64,000 nt of DNA, taken from Cyanobacteriota bacterium erpe_2018_sw_21hr_WHONDRS-SW48-000092_B_bin.40. Its GTDB lineage: Bacteria > Cyanobacteriota > Vampirovibrionia > Obscuribacterales > Obscuribacteraceae. The notes under the pieces are model-generated. The model made no database searches, was not told the origin of the DNA, and saw only the letters and a program-made list of their open reading frames with translations. This document shows, piece by piece, positions 1 through 8,367 of this stretch (the first letter of the stretch is position 1; each line of letters starts with the position of its first letter). The stretch covers positions 2,806 to 66,805 of the forward strand of contig JAUPUU010000106.1 in the NCBI GenBank assembly GCA_030917395.1, in the 5' to 3' direction. A program made the translations under genes and the position numbers.

Positions 1-486
1 GATACTTCAATCGGAGCGGTTGAAGCCTTAGCCAAGAAACAGAAAATAACAATCTCCAACTCTATTGACAACAATCTAGAAGCCTATATAGACTCCGAAA
101 GAATCACCCAAGTGGTAGTCAACCTGCTCTCCAATGCCTTAAAATTCTCGCCCAACAGTTCAACCATAAGCATCAGCGCTAAAGCAGTCGACTCGTCCAA
201 GCAAAACGAAAAATCAGGCCTGCAACAAGAAGGCATGTTAAGGGTCGAGATAACCGACCAGGGGCGGGGCATTCCTGCCGATAAAGCAGCCAGCATTTTT
301 GAGAGGTTCAGCCAGGTTAAAAATGAAGACGGCCGCAGCAATCGCGGTAGCGGACTCGGCCTGGCAATATGTAAAGCGATTATCGAGCAGCATGGGGGAG
401 AGATTGGGGTAGAATCAGTTGAAGGAAAAGGCAGCACATTCTGGTTTACCCTGGCATCCCATAGCAAGTATTACCTGGAAAACTGA
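1..486 (+). CDS. Sensor histidine kinase, C-terminal fragment (5' end lies outside the window)
   Basis: Frame 1 is open from base 1. The translation has HATPase_c motifs: N-box VVNLLSNALKFSP, G1 DQGRGIP, G2 GSGLGLAICKAIIEQHGGEI. Its stop overlaps the start of the next gene (TGATG). Confidence 0.85.
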   Translation, partial: DTSIGAVEALAKKQKITISNSIDNNLEAYIDSERITQVVVNLLSNALKFSPNSSTISISAKAVDSSKQNEKSGLQQEGMLRVEITDQGRGIPADKAASIFERFSQVKNEDGRSNRGSGLGLAICKAIIEQHGGEIGVESVEGKGSTFWFTLASHSKYYLEN

Positions 487-1175
487 TGGCAAAAATTCTT
501 ATAGTTGAAGACGACCCGCAGTTGGCTGACTTGATTGTTCAATGCCTGGCCCGCGAAAATCACTTAGTGGAACACGTTGACAATGGTGCCGACGCCCTAA
601 GCCAGGTCAAACTATACATTTTTGATTTGATAATCCTTGACTGGAATTTGCCAGAAGTAACTGGACTTGGCATTCTCCAAGAATTTCGGGCGCGCGGCGG
701 TGTCACGCCAGTGCTTTTCCTCACCGGTCGACGCGAGCTCGCCGACAAACTAGAAGGGTTAGACGCCGGAGCTGATGACTACCTCACCAAACCCTTCGAC
801 TCGAGAGAGCTAAAATCTCGCGTAAGAGCTCTATTGAGACGCCCAACAGCCCTAGTAGGCGACGTTTTACAAGTCGGCCCACTAGAGCTTGACCCCAAAG
901 ACTTCAAAGTTACATTAAGCGGTCAAGAGATAAAGTTAGTTCCAAAAGAATTTGCTCTATTGGAATTTTTGATGCGCCATCCAGGAGAACTCTTTGGCGT
1001 AGACAAACTGCTTGACAGCGTTTGGCCCTGCCAGTCTGACTCAACCCGCGAAGCGCTTACTACTTGCATCAAAAGGCTGAGAAAGAAACTTGATGGCGAT
1101 TCGGAAAGCTCATACATACGCAACGTTCACGGAGTTGGCTATGGCCTTTTCGTTGAACCAAACAAGACAACCTAA
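486..1175 (+). CDS. OmpR-family response regulator (receiver plus winged-helix)
   Basis: The receiver has KILIVEDD, phospho-Asp context LIILDWNLP and TKPF. The C-terminal trans_reg_C-like region has LVPKEFALLEFLMRHPGELF and VHGVGYGL. The gene is translationally coupled to the upstream kinase. Confidence 0.9.
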   Translation: MAKILIVEDDPQLADLIVQCLARENHLVEHVDNGADALSQVKLYIFDLIILDWNLPEVTGLGILQEFRARGGVTPVLFLTGRRELADKLEGLDAGADDYLTKPFDSRELKSRVRALLRRPTALVGDVLQVGPLELDPKDFKVTLSGQEIKLVPKEFALLEFLMRHPGELFGVDKLLDSVWPCQSDSTREALTTCIKRLRKKLDGDSESSYIRNVHGVGYGLFVEPNKTT

Positions 1176-1191
1176 TTAGCAATAAATAGCT

Positions 1192-1818
1192 CTAAACAGC
1201 TAAAGGCTGCCCAACAAGACGCTCAATCTTTGCAAGGGCTTGTTCTGTCTGCTCTTGCACCAATGCAGCGTCATGACCTTGAACCTTGACGAAAGTAACA
1301 TCGTCAATGCCAATAAAACCAAGCACCGTCCGCAAATAGGGCTCTAAGAAATCTGCGGCCTTATAGGGCAGTTGATCATAGTTGCCACCACTTGCGGTGA
1401 AGACAATTACTTTCTTGTGCTGGCCCGAAAGCAGCGCAACCGGGGCACCACCATCATAGGCAAAAGTTTTACCAGGAAAGACAATCATGTCAATATAGGC
1501 TTTGAGCACGGCAGGAACACTAAAGTTGTACATCGGCGCGCCCAAAACAATGACATCAGCGGCCACCAGCTCATCTGCATAAACTGAAGACTCCTTATAG
1601 AGCGCTTCCATCTCGGCCGTGCGCTTATCAGCCTCAGTATAAAGAGTGGCGATGCCAGCTTCACTGACATAGGGAACCTTTTCCGCCACCAAATCATGGC
1701 GCACAATTTGGCTGCCTGGGTTGGTCTCCTTAAATCGAGCCACATAGGCCTCAGTCAGCTGCCGCGTAACCGAAGTAGCGGAACGGCTGCTCGAATCTAT
1801 ACAAAGTAACTTAGCCAT
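1192..1818 (-). CDS. azoR: FMN-dependent NADH-azoreductase
   Basis: MAKLLCIDSSSR... and GAPMYNFSVPAVLKAYIDMIV match the AzoR/flavodoxin-like fold. I moved the start to the ATG at 1818 because a GGAGGG Shine-Dalgarno precedes it. The 1869 start in the track adds 17 unlikely residues. Confidence 0.8.
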   Translation of the reverse strand: MAKLLCIDSSSRSATSVTRQLTEAYVARFKETNPGSQIVRHDLVAEKVPYVSEAGIATLYTEADKRTAEMEALYKESSVYADELVAADVIVLGAPMYNFSVPAVLKAYIDMIVFPGKTFAYDGGAPVALLSGQHKKVIVFTASGGNYDQLPYKAADFLEPYLRTVLGFIGIDDVTFVKVQGHDAALVQEQTEQALAKIERLVGQPLAV

Positions 1819-1925
1819 GAATGGCCCTCCTGTGCAAATCACTAAATCGAAGATACAATGATTTAGCAAGACTATCCATGCTCAAAACGCTTGCTTTATT
1901 GTCCAATCGTCCAAAGTGGCACTAG

Positions 1926-2939
1926 ATGACTGAATCCTTAGACATAACTGAATCGTTAGACATAGCTGCCTCTATTGCCGAACCTATAGCAGAGCCAAGC
2001 TCACAACACCTAGCTGATCCGCTATCGGAAGTATTTCAATCAATCCGCATCAGCGGCAAGATTTACTCACCCTGCCAATTTACCGCCCCCTGGGGCATGT
2101 CCGTCTCCGGCTGCTCTGGCCACGCCCTCTTTTACATAGTTAGCCGCGGCAGCGCCCTGCTAACCATAGCTAATGAGAGTCCCATGACCCTGACCGGCGG
2201 AGACTTAGTGTTATTGCCCCAGGCAACCAGTCATACCCTAAAGGACGCGCCGGACAGCCCAGTTGTCGGCATCGAAACTCTAATCGATTTTGAAAATCCT
2301 GGCCCAATTACGCTTGGGGGCGGCGGCCTGAGAACAAGCATGGTGGCGGGCTGCTTCACCTACGAATTTAACGCTAACCATCCCTTTATTGCCGCCTTGC
2401 CGCCAGTTATGCACCTAACAGCCGATGACATAGAAAGCGAACCGTGGCTCAACTCTACTTTTCAATTTCTTGTGCACGAAGCCAGCCAACCAAGACAAGG
2501 CTCGGGCCTGGTCATTGCTCGCCTGACCGACCTTCTATTTATGCAAATCATGCGCGCCCACATGCAGCGCATTAAAGATTGCCCCCGCAGCCAGGGCTGG
2601 CTTAAAGCAATGGCTGATCCCCAGATCGGCCAGGCCATCTCACTCATGCACAAGCAACCAGACGCACCGTGGACGGTGGCAGCACTGGCCGCAAGAGTAG
2701 GTATGTCACGCTCGGCCTTTGCTCAAAAGTTCAGCCAATACACCGAGACAACACCAGTTGATTACTTAACTTTCTGGCGCATGGAAAAGGCCAAAGAAAC
2801 ACTAAACTCAACCAACAAAGGGCTGGCAGAAATTTCTCAAAGCGTTGGATATCAATCAGAAGCTGCGTTCAGCAAAGCTTTCAGACGAGTAGTCGGCATT
2901 TCACCAGGACTTTTCCGCCACGGCAAAAGCAAAGCTTAG
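1926..2939 (+). CDS. AraC-family transcriptional regulator (N-terminal cupin-like, C-terminal dual HTH)
   Basis: The C-terminus has WTVAALAARVGMSRSAFAQKFSQ and SVGYQSEAAFSKAFRRVVGISPG, typical of the AraC HTH. It is divergent from azoR. Confidence 0.8.
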   Translation: MTESLDITESLDIAASIAEPIAEPSSQHLADPLSEVFQSIRISGKIYSPCQFTAPWGMSVSGCSGHALFYIVSRGSALLTIANESPMTLTGGDLVLLPQATSHTLKDAPDSPVVGIETLIDFENPGPITLGGGGLRTSMVAGCFTYEFNANHPFIAALPPVMHLTADDIESEPWLNSTFQFLVHEASQPRQGSGLVIARLTDLLFMQIMRAHMQRIKDCPRSQGWLKAMADPQIGQAISLMHKQPDAPWTVAALAARVGMSRSAFAQKFSQYTETTPVDYLTFWRMEKAKETLNSTNKGLAEISQSVGYQSEAAFSKAFRRVVGISPGLFRHGKSKA

Positions 2940-2941
2940 CG

Positions 2942-3043
2942 TTAGCGACTAGCCTTTTTCTCGGCCTTGGCCACTTTCTTCTCTTTCATAGTCTTAGAAG
3001 CCTTCTTTTTGACTTCTTTCTTTTTGACTTGCTCTTTACCCAT
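2942..3043 (-). CDS. Possible small lysine-rich protein (33 aa), not in the ORF track
   Basis: Hand-read: MGKEQVKKKEVKKKASKTMKEKKVAKAEKKASR. GGAGG lies 5 nt upstream of the ATG. It has no homology basis. Confidence 0.35.
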   Translation of the reverse strand: MGKEQVKKKEVKKKASKTMKEKKVAKAEKKASR

Positions 3044-3192
3044 GACCGCCTCCAACAAATAACCTTAAAGTTTATGTTACAGCACCGCGAGCTTACACAC
3101 CAATCACTGGCATATCAATAACGATAATGACGACGATAGCGACAAAATAGCCCTATCAAAGTTACTATACCCAAACAGTTCAGGAGTAACAG

Positions 3193-3834
3193 ATGTCAAT
3201 AAAATCGATCTGCGGGGCCTTAGCCCTTGCCAGCGTGATCTCAATCAACTTCGTTTCAGCCGCCCCCAAGGCTAGTAAAGAAAAACCAGCTGCAGCCCCA
3301 GCCGCTGCCGTTTGGAAAATAGACTCCGCTCACACCACTGCCGATTTTTCAGTGCGCCACTTAATGATCTCCAACGTCAAGGGTCACTTCTCCAAAGTTA
3401 GCGGCAACGTTGACTATGATGGCAAAGATCTGAAAACACTAAAAATAGACGCCGAGATTGACGTGGCTTCCGTCGATACTGGCGAGAAAGGCCGCGATGA
3501 GCACCTCAAAGGCGCCGATTTCTTTGACGCTACAAAATTCCCCAAAATGACTTTCAAATCGAAGAAAGTTAAGAGCGCCGGCAAAGGCAAATTCACCGTC
3601 ACTGGCGACCTCACCATCAAAGGCGTAACTAAAGAAGTAACTCTTGATGTTGACGGCCCCACCGAGCAAATCAAAGATATGCAAGGTGGCACCAGAGTTG
3701 GTGCTTCAGCAAGCACAAAAATCAACCGCAAAGATTTTGGTGTGTCATGGAACAAAGCTCTAGACAATGGCTCTAGCGTAGTCGGTGACGACGTTAAAGT
3801 CAGCATTGACGTTGAAGCAGTAAAACAAAAATAG
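3193..3834 (+). CDS. YceI-family periplasmic (polyisoprenoid-binding-like) protein
   Basis: A signal peptide is followed by WKIDSAHTTADFSVRHLMISNVKGHF and DFFDATKFPKMTF, the YceI signature. AGGAG precedes the ATG. Confidence 0.85.
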   Translation: MSIKSICGALALASVISINFVSAAPKASKEKPAAAPAAAVWKIDSAHTTADFSVRHLMISNVKGHFSKVSGNVDYDGKDLKTLKIDAEIDVASVDTGEKGRDEHLKGADFFDATKFPKMTFKSKKVKSAGKGKFTVTGDLTIKGVTKEVTLDVDGPTEQIKDMQGGTRVGASASTKINRKDFGVSWNKALDNGSSVVGDDVKVSIDVEAVKQK

Positions 3835-3844
3835 AATCGGGAAA

Positions 3845-4492
3845 GTGTCATTAAGTAAATTGCCAAAAGAGCTCTACAATTCGCTTTTGGCCAAAGTGAC
3901 AACATTAGGCGAAAACCGGCGATTGCTTTTGGGCATCGCCGGCTTTCCGGCTTCGGGAAAAAGCACCTTAGCTAAAGACCTGGCCAAAGGCATCAACAAA
4001 GATCTGAAGAACAAAGTAGCAATTGTTGTGCCCATGGATGGCTTTCACCGCAGCAATGCCGAACTGAAAGCCTGGGGCATTTGGGAGCTGAAGGGAATCC
4101 CTGATAGCTTTAACCCCGAAGCCTTCGTCAATCTGCTCACTGGCTTACGCGAAAATACCAGTAGCACCGTTGGCTGCCCAGCTTTTGATCGAAAAATTGA
4201 AGAACCTAGTGACAATGCCATCTTGGTACAACCAAGCCACAAGTTAATTGTCATCGAAGGCAATTATTTGCTCCTGGCGAACGGCACCTGGGGCAAAATT
4301 AAACCCTTGCTGGACGAGACCTGGTACATCGAAAGCAACTTTCAAAAAATCGAACCGCGTCTGCTCGAGCGCCATATAAAAGGCGGTCGCAGCCCAGAAG
4401 AAGCGCGAAAGAAAATGGAATCAACCGATCTTCCTAATGCCCGACTGATCGAGACAACAAAGGCTATGGCTGATCACGTCATTCCTATTTAA
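3845..4492 (+). CDS. P-loop nucleoside/nucleotide kinase family protein (uridine-kinase/PRK-like)
   Basis: Walker A GIAGFPASGKST, then PMDGFH and VIEGNYLLL. The start is GTG. Confidence 0.7.
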   Translation: MSLSKLPKELYNSLLAKVTTLGENRRLLLGIAGFPASGKSTLAKDLAKGINKDLKNKVAIVVPMDGFHRSNAELKAWGIWELKGIPDSFNPEAFVNLLTGLRENTSSTVGCPAFDRKIEEPSDNAILVQPSHKLIVIEGNYLLLANGTWGKIKPLLDETWYIESNFQKIEPRLLERHIKGGRSPEEARKKMESTDLPNARLIETTKAMADHVIPI

Positions 4493-4499
4493 GAATTAG

Positions 4500-4522
4500 A
4501 ATTGCCCCAACTGGGGGCAATT
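4500..4522 (+). terminator. Stem-loop just after the kinase gene (9-bp perfect stem, no U-tract)
   Basis: AATTGCCCC-aactg-GGGGCAATT begins 8 nt after the stop codon. The lack of a T-run makes intrinsic termination uncertain. Confidence 0.35.
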
Positions 4523-4601
4523 CCCACTGAAGCTTGAGAAATAATCATCATTTCAGCTACCTTGCAGTTATTATTGTAGCCAGGCAAGGCGGAGTCACTG
4601 A

Positions 4602-5192
4602 ATGAGTCACACAGGCGGCGGGCATGGCCATGGCGGTCATCACGGGGTTCAAGGCGGGCATCCAGACCAATCAGCTTCATGGAGTAGCGCTCTTCAAGGT
4701 GGAGAGAGGCCTATTACGTCCCTGCCAAATCCTACAATCCTGCCTATCTTTTTCGCCTTAGTGGTTTTTGTCATTATGCTCTTACCCTTCATCATTAACT
4801 GGGGAGAGGGAGGCGTTGAATTGCCTTGGGCGCAGAAGCAAAGCCAGGTAAGCCAGGACCTACAGCAGAGTGGACTGCCCGAACGGGCCAGTGAGCAGCA
4901 ATCACCAGAGATTTATCAGGCAGCAGGTCAAGCCGCAAGTCAGGCTACCAGCTCAGCGGCAGTGCAAGAGCAAGCGACTAGTGCTCCACCAGCAAGCTAC
5001 GAGCAGCAACTCTTGTATGCATCACAACAGAGCTACGGCCAAAATGCTAATCAGCAAACCCAAGCCGTAAACCCTGCCGCACAGCAAACCTATGCGGCCC
5101 AGCCAAACTATTCACCAGCTGGCTCAACCCAAGAAAATTTTGCTCCTTCAGCTCAAGCACAAAGACGACATCGTGTTTGGGTAGAGCGTTAG
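4602..5192 (+). CDS. Hypothetical single-pass membrane protein (His/Gly-rich N-terminus, Q/A/S-rich C-terminus)
   Basis: MSHTGGGHGHGGHHGVQGGH, then one hydrophobic span ILPIFFALVVFVIMLLPFII, then a low-complexity Q-rich tail. No family was recognised. Confidence 0.5.
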   Translation: MSHTGGGHGHGGHHGVQGGHPDQSASWSSALQGGERPITSLPNPTILPIFFALVVFVIMLLPFIINWGEGGVELPWAQKQSQVSQDLQQSGLPERASEQQSPEIYQAAGQAASQATSSAAVQEQATSAPPASYEQQLLYASQQSYGQNANQQTQAVNPAAQQTYAAQPNYSPAGSTQENFAPSAQAQRRHRVWVER

Positions 5193-5201
5193 AAGCGACT
5201 T

Positions 5202-6491
5202 TCATAGACCCAGCACCTCCCTGCCGCCCAAGTATGGCTGCAAAGCTTTGGGCACATTGATAGTGCCGTCTTGATTTTGATGATTTTCCAGAAGGGCAAT
5301 CAAGATACGCGGAGAAGCGATGGCCGTATTGTTCAAGGTATGAACATACTTTTTCTTTCCATCACCATCGATATAGCGTATGCCTAAACGCCGGGCTTGA
5401 AAGTCATGAAAAGTAGAGCAAGAATGTGTCTCACAATAGGCTCCACGGCTCGGCATCCAAGTTTCAATATCATGCTTACGCACCTGGCCAAGGCCCATAT
5501 CACCGGTACAAACTGCCACCACCCGATAGGGCAGCTCTAGCGCTTGCACTATCTCTTCGGAGTTCTTGAGCAAGCGTAGATGCTCTTGTTCAGACACTTC
5601 TGCATCATTGGCACAAAATACAACTTGTTCTACTTTCTGAAATTGATGCACCCGATAAAGGCCTTTGGTATCGCGACCAGCGGCCCCAGCTTCTCGACGA
5701 AAACAAGTAGAGATGCCAGCAAAACGCAGAGCGCTATAGCCTTCTCCGGCCCCAGCGCCAGCTAGACCATCGAAAGTGCGATTGGCTTGCATTGCAACAA
5801 TGCCAACTTCAGAAGTGCCGGTCAAATAGCGCTTGCCGTCTTCTAACTCGTAAGCATTATCTTCGCCCAGAGGGAAATAGCCAGTGCCGAACATGGCCGC
5901 CTCGTTCACCATCAGCGGTGGCAAGACAGCCGTAAAGCCCTTGGCTAAAACATGGTCTAGGGCAAAGCGCAGCACCGCTAGTTCAAGCAATGCCCCGTCG
6001 CCAATCAAACCATAAGCTCTGGAGCCAGCAGCAAAGCGAGCCCCTTCAAAATCGACCATGCGATTAAGCAAAGCCAGTTCAATATGATCTCGTTCTTTGA
6101 ATGGCCTCTTCACCACTTCGCCCAGGCGATAAATTTCAACGTTGCCGCTATCATCAGCGCCCTCAGGCACCCCCTCAGCGGGCAAGCCCGGCACATGGGC
6201 CATTAGCTTATGATATTCAAGCTCTACAGCCTTAAGCTCGCTTTCTTTGATCACCAATGCCGCGCCAATTTCTTTAGAATGGGCAATATGGCTGGCACGA
6301 TTGGGGCCATCGCTAGTGACCAGATCAGAAGTGCGATTGCGCTGTTCACGCAATAGGTTTACTTCCTTACCAAGCAAACGCCTCTCTTCGTCAACAATCA
6401 AAAGACGGTCCAAATCGAGGTTTATGCGCTTGGTCGCAATAGCCTGCTTGAATGCATCCGGGTTATTTCTTATTAGTTCAATGTCTATCAT
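5202..6491 (-). CDS. serS: Seryl-tRNA synthetase
   Basis: The N-terminal coiled-coil arm begins MIDIELIRNNP. Class II motifs include FRREAGAAGRDTKGLYRVHQF and GTSEV. I prefer the ATG at 6491, which follows AAGAGG by 5 nt, over the GTG at 6494. Confidence 0.95.
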   Translation of the reverse strand: MIDIELIRNNPDAFKQAIATKRINLDLDRLLIVDEERRLLGKEVNLLREQRNRTSDLVTSDGPNRASHIAHSKEIGAALVIKESELKAVELEYHKLMAHVPGLPAEGVPEGADDSGNVEIYRLGEVVKRPFKERDHIELALLNRMVDFEGARFAAGSRAYGLIGDGALLELAVLRFALDHVLAKGFTAVLPPLMVNEAAMFGTGYFPLGEDNAYELEDGKRYLTGTSEVGIVAMQANRTFDGLAGAGAGEGYSALRFAGISTCFRREAGAAGRDTKGLYRVHQFQKVEQVVFCANDAEVSEQEHLRLLKNSEEIVQALELPYRVVAVCTGDMGLGQVRKHDIETWMPSRGAYCETHSCSTFHDFQARRLGIRYIDGDGKKKYVHTLNNTAIASPRILIALLENHQNQDGTINVPKALQPYLGGREVLGL

Positions 6492-6684
6492 CACTACCTC
6501 TTATAAAGCTTATGGCTCTGCCTTCTACCGGTAGCGAGGCACAAAAAAGAGGCCTCGCTTGGGCGGGCCTCTAAAGTTCAAATCACTAAATCTATGAATT
6601 GAAAGACAAGCAGCACCCGCATCTCGAATAATTCGATGATGATGATGATGACGATATTCTTGCTGCTCGATTTATGTAACTCAT
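6478..6684 (-). CDS. Putative serS leader ORF with seven consecutive Ser codons
   Basis: Hand-read: ATG at 6684, then MSYINRAARI-SSSSSSS-NYSR... with the run TCG TCA TCA TCA TCA TCA TCG at 6654-6634. The frame stays open across the terminator and stops at 6478, inside serS. It is not present in the supplied ORF track. Confidence 0.45.
6544..6573 (-). terminator. Intrinsic-terminator-like hairpin (candidate attenuator) in the serS leader
   Basis: On the minus strand the RNA reads AGAGGCCCGC-CCAA-GCGAGGCCUCU followed by UUUUUU. It lies about 50 nt upstream of the serS start. Confidence 0.6.
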
Positions 6685-6690
6685 CTTTCC

Positions 6691-6718
6691 ACTATAAGTG
6701 CTAGCCAAACTTTGTCAA
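6691..6718 (-). promoter_or_regulatory. Sigma70-like promoter for the serS leader
   Basis: TTGACA (6718-6713), a 16-nt spacer, then TATAGT (6696-6691). The leader ATG follows 6 nt after the -10 element, which implies a leaderless or near-leaderless transcript. Confidence 0.45.
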
Positions 6719-6831
6719 CGACTGAAAAGCTTCCAAAAAGTTTAGAATTTGCGCCAAGCAGCACAAATGCCAGCTAGACTAACTTTCTTGAACTGTTTGG
6801 AAATGTTGCTAGCGAGACAAATACAGTGACA

Positions 6832-7506
6832 ATGAAACTAGAGATTTATTCAGACATCATTTGCCCATGGTGCTACATCGGCAAAGTTAGGCTAGATAAA
6901 GCGCTGAAGACCCTTGGCGGCAAGGTCAATTTCAAAGTAGTCTGGCGCCCTTTTGAACTCAATCCATCAATGCCAGCAGAAGGAATGGACCGCAAAGAAT
7001 ATCGCACCTGCAAGTTTGGCAGCTGGGAGCGTTCTCTTGAAATGGATAAAGAGATAACCGCCAAAGCAGCTGCGGACGGACTGACCTTCAACCTCGACAA
7101 ACTCACACGCACGCCAAATACTTTCAATGGCCATCGCCTGCTCTGGTTCGCTGAAAAGAGCGCGGACAAAGCCGGTATCCAAGAAGAAGCTGAGAAAGAC
7201 ATTCAGGATACAATCGCAGAACTTCTCTTTCAGCGCTATTTTTGTGAGGCCGCCGATATCGGTGACATCAATATTTTAACGGAAGTCGCAGTCGAAGCTG
7301 GCTTAGACAAAGCAGAAGTACAAGCCTTTTTGCTATCAGACCAAGGTGTGGCCGAAGTAAAAGCAGAAGCGCAAAGAGGCATCCGCCTGGGCATCAGTGG
7401 CGTACCAGCCTTTGTCTTAGAAGGTGATGTCATTGCCTCCGGCGCCCAAACCCCAGAACACTTTATAGAATTGCTCACTCGCGTCTATGCCAATTACTCA
7501 GCTTGA
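6832..7506 (+). CDS. DsbA-family (FrnE-like) thiol oxidoreductase
   Basis: MKLEIYSDIICPWCYIGK carries a CxxC in the DsbA/FrnE context, and GVPAFV lies near the C-terminus. I prefer the ATG at 6832 over the GTG at 6826. Confidence 0.8.
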   Translation: MKLEIYSDIICPWCYIGKVRLDKALKTLGGKVNFKVVWRPFELNPSMPAEGMDRKEYRTCKFGSWERSLEMDKEITAKAAADGLTFNLDKLTRTPNTFNGHRLLWFAEKSADKAGIQEEAEKDIQDTIAELLFQRYFCEAADIGDINILTEVAVEAGLDKAEVQAFLLSDQGVAEVKAEAQRGIRLGISGVPAFVLEGDVIASGAQTPEHFIELLTRVYANYSA

Positions 7507-7626
7507 ATTTAATCGGGAGAGGCAAGAAAGAATTTTCTAGTGCTCCTCTGAAGCAAGAAAAACAATGTGCTAGGGTAAACCGACTAGATCTACTAAACAT
7601 ACGAACAGACATGGAGATAAAAGGCA

Positions 7627-8355
7627 GTGCACACCGAATTACTCGACTACGCCGACGACAAACAGATCTGCGAAGCCTTTGTGGCCTATGACGAAACAAA
7701 GAAAGAAAAACGTCCCGCCGTTTTGATCTGTCATGCCTGGGGCGGCCAGGGTGCTTTCGAACAAGAGAAAGCAAAAAAATTGGCCGAGCTCGGTTATGTT
7801 GGCTTTGCCCTCGACAATTATGGCAAGGGTAAACGCGGCAGCTCAATGGAAGAGAATGGCAAATTGATGCAGCCTTTCATGGATGATCGTGCCATGTTGC
7901 GCCAGAGGCTCCTAGCCGGCCTGGCAGCCGCCAGAAAACACCCCATGGTAGGCGACAACATTGCAGTGATTGGCTTCTGTTTTGGAGGCCTCTGCGCCCT
8001 TGATCTGGCTCGCGTCTCTAGCAAAAATTCTGGTGACAAAGGCGTCAATGGAGCAGTTGCCTTCCACGGCCTCTTCCACCCACCAGCCCTGGGCAAACAA
8101 GAAGAGATCGCCGCCAAAGTCTTGATTTTGCACGGCTATGATGACCCCATGGCCACCCCAACCGATGTTCTTGCCATTGCCAAAGAACTGACCGATGCTA
8201 AAGCTGACTGGCAGCTCCACGCTTACGGCCACACCAGCCATGCCTTTACTAATCCAGAAGTAAACATGCCTGAAAATGGCTTGCAGTACAACGCTACTGC
8301 CGATAAGCGCTCATGGCAATCGATGCAGAACTTCTTGAGCGAAGTGCTGGGTTAA
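7627..8355 (+). CDS. Dienelactone hydrolase family protein
   Basis: PAVLICHAWGG, the nucleophile-elbow-like IGFCFGG, and ILHGYDDP...HAF. The start is GTG. Confidence 0.8.
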   Translation: MHTELLDYADDKQICEAFVAYDETKKEKRPAVLICHAWGGQGAFEQEKAKKLAELGYVGFALDNYGKGKRGSSMEENGKLMQPFMDDRAMLRQRLLAGLAAARKHPMVGDNIAVIGFCFGGLCALDLARVSSKNSGDKGVNGAVAFHGLFHPPALGKQEEIAAKVLILHGYDDPMATPTDVLAIAKELTDAKADWQLHAYGHTSHAFTNPEVNMPENGLQYNATADKRSWQSMQNFLSEVLG

Positions 8356-8367
8356 GCGAAAAGGGCC

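Noticed and set aside
84-467. Many ORFs in the track lie antisense to, or nested within, well-supported genes. Examples are 84..467-, 560..748-, 3414..3905-, 5580..5765+, 7475..7846-, 15722..16189+, 36266..36973+, 59104..59565+ and 61914..62435+.
   Set aside because: They are shadow frames of genes with clear family motifs. They have skewed (Arg/Ser/Leu-rich or repeat-derived) composition and no ribosome-binding sites that I could see.
6631-6657. The (GAT)5 tract on the minus strand can also be read as His5 (CGT CAT x5 CGA) or Ile5 (ATC x5).
   Set aside because: In both alternative frames an in-frame stop lies upstream (TAA for the His frame, TAG for the Ile frame). No ATG, GTG or TTG lies between that stop and the run. 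Only the Ser frame has a start codon, and it is positioned right after a promoter.
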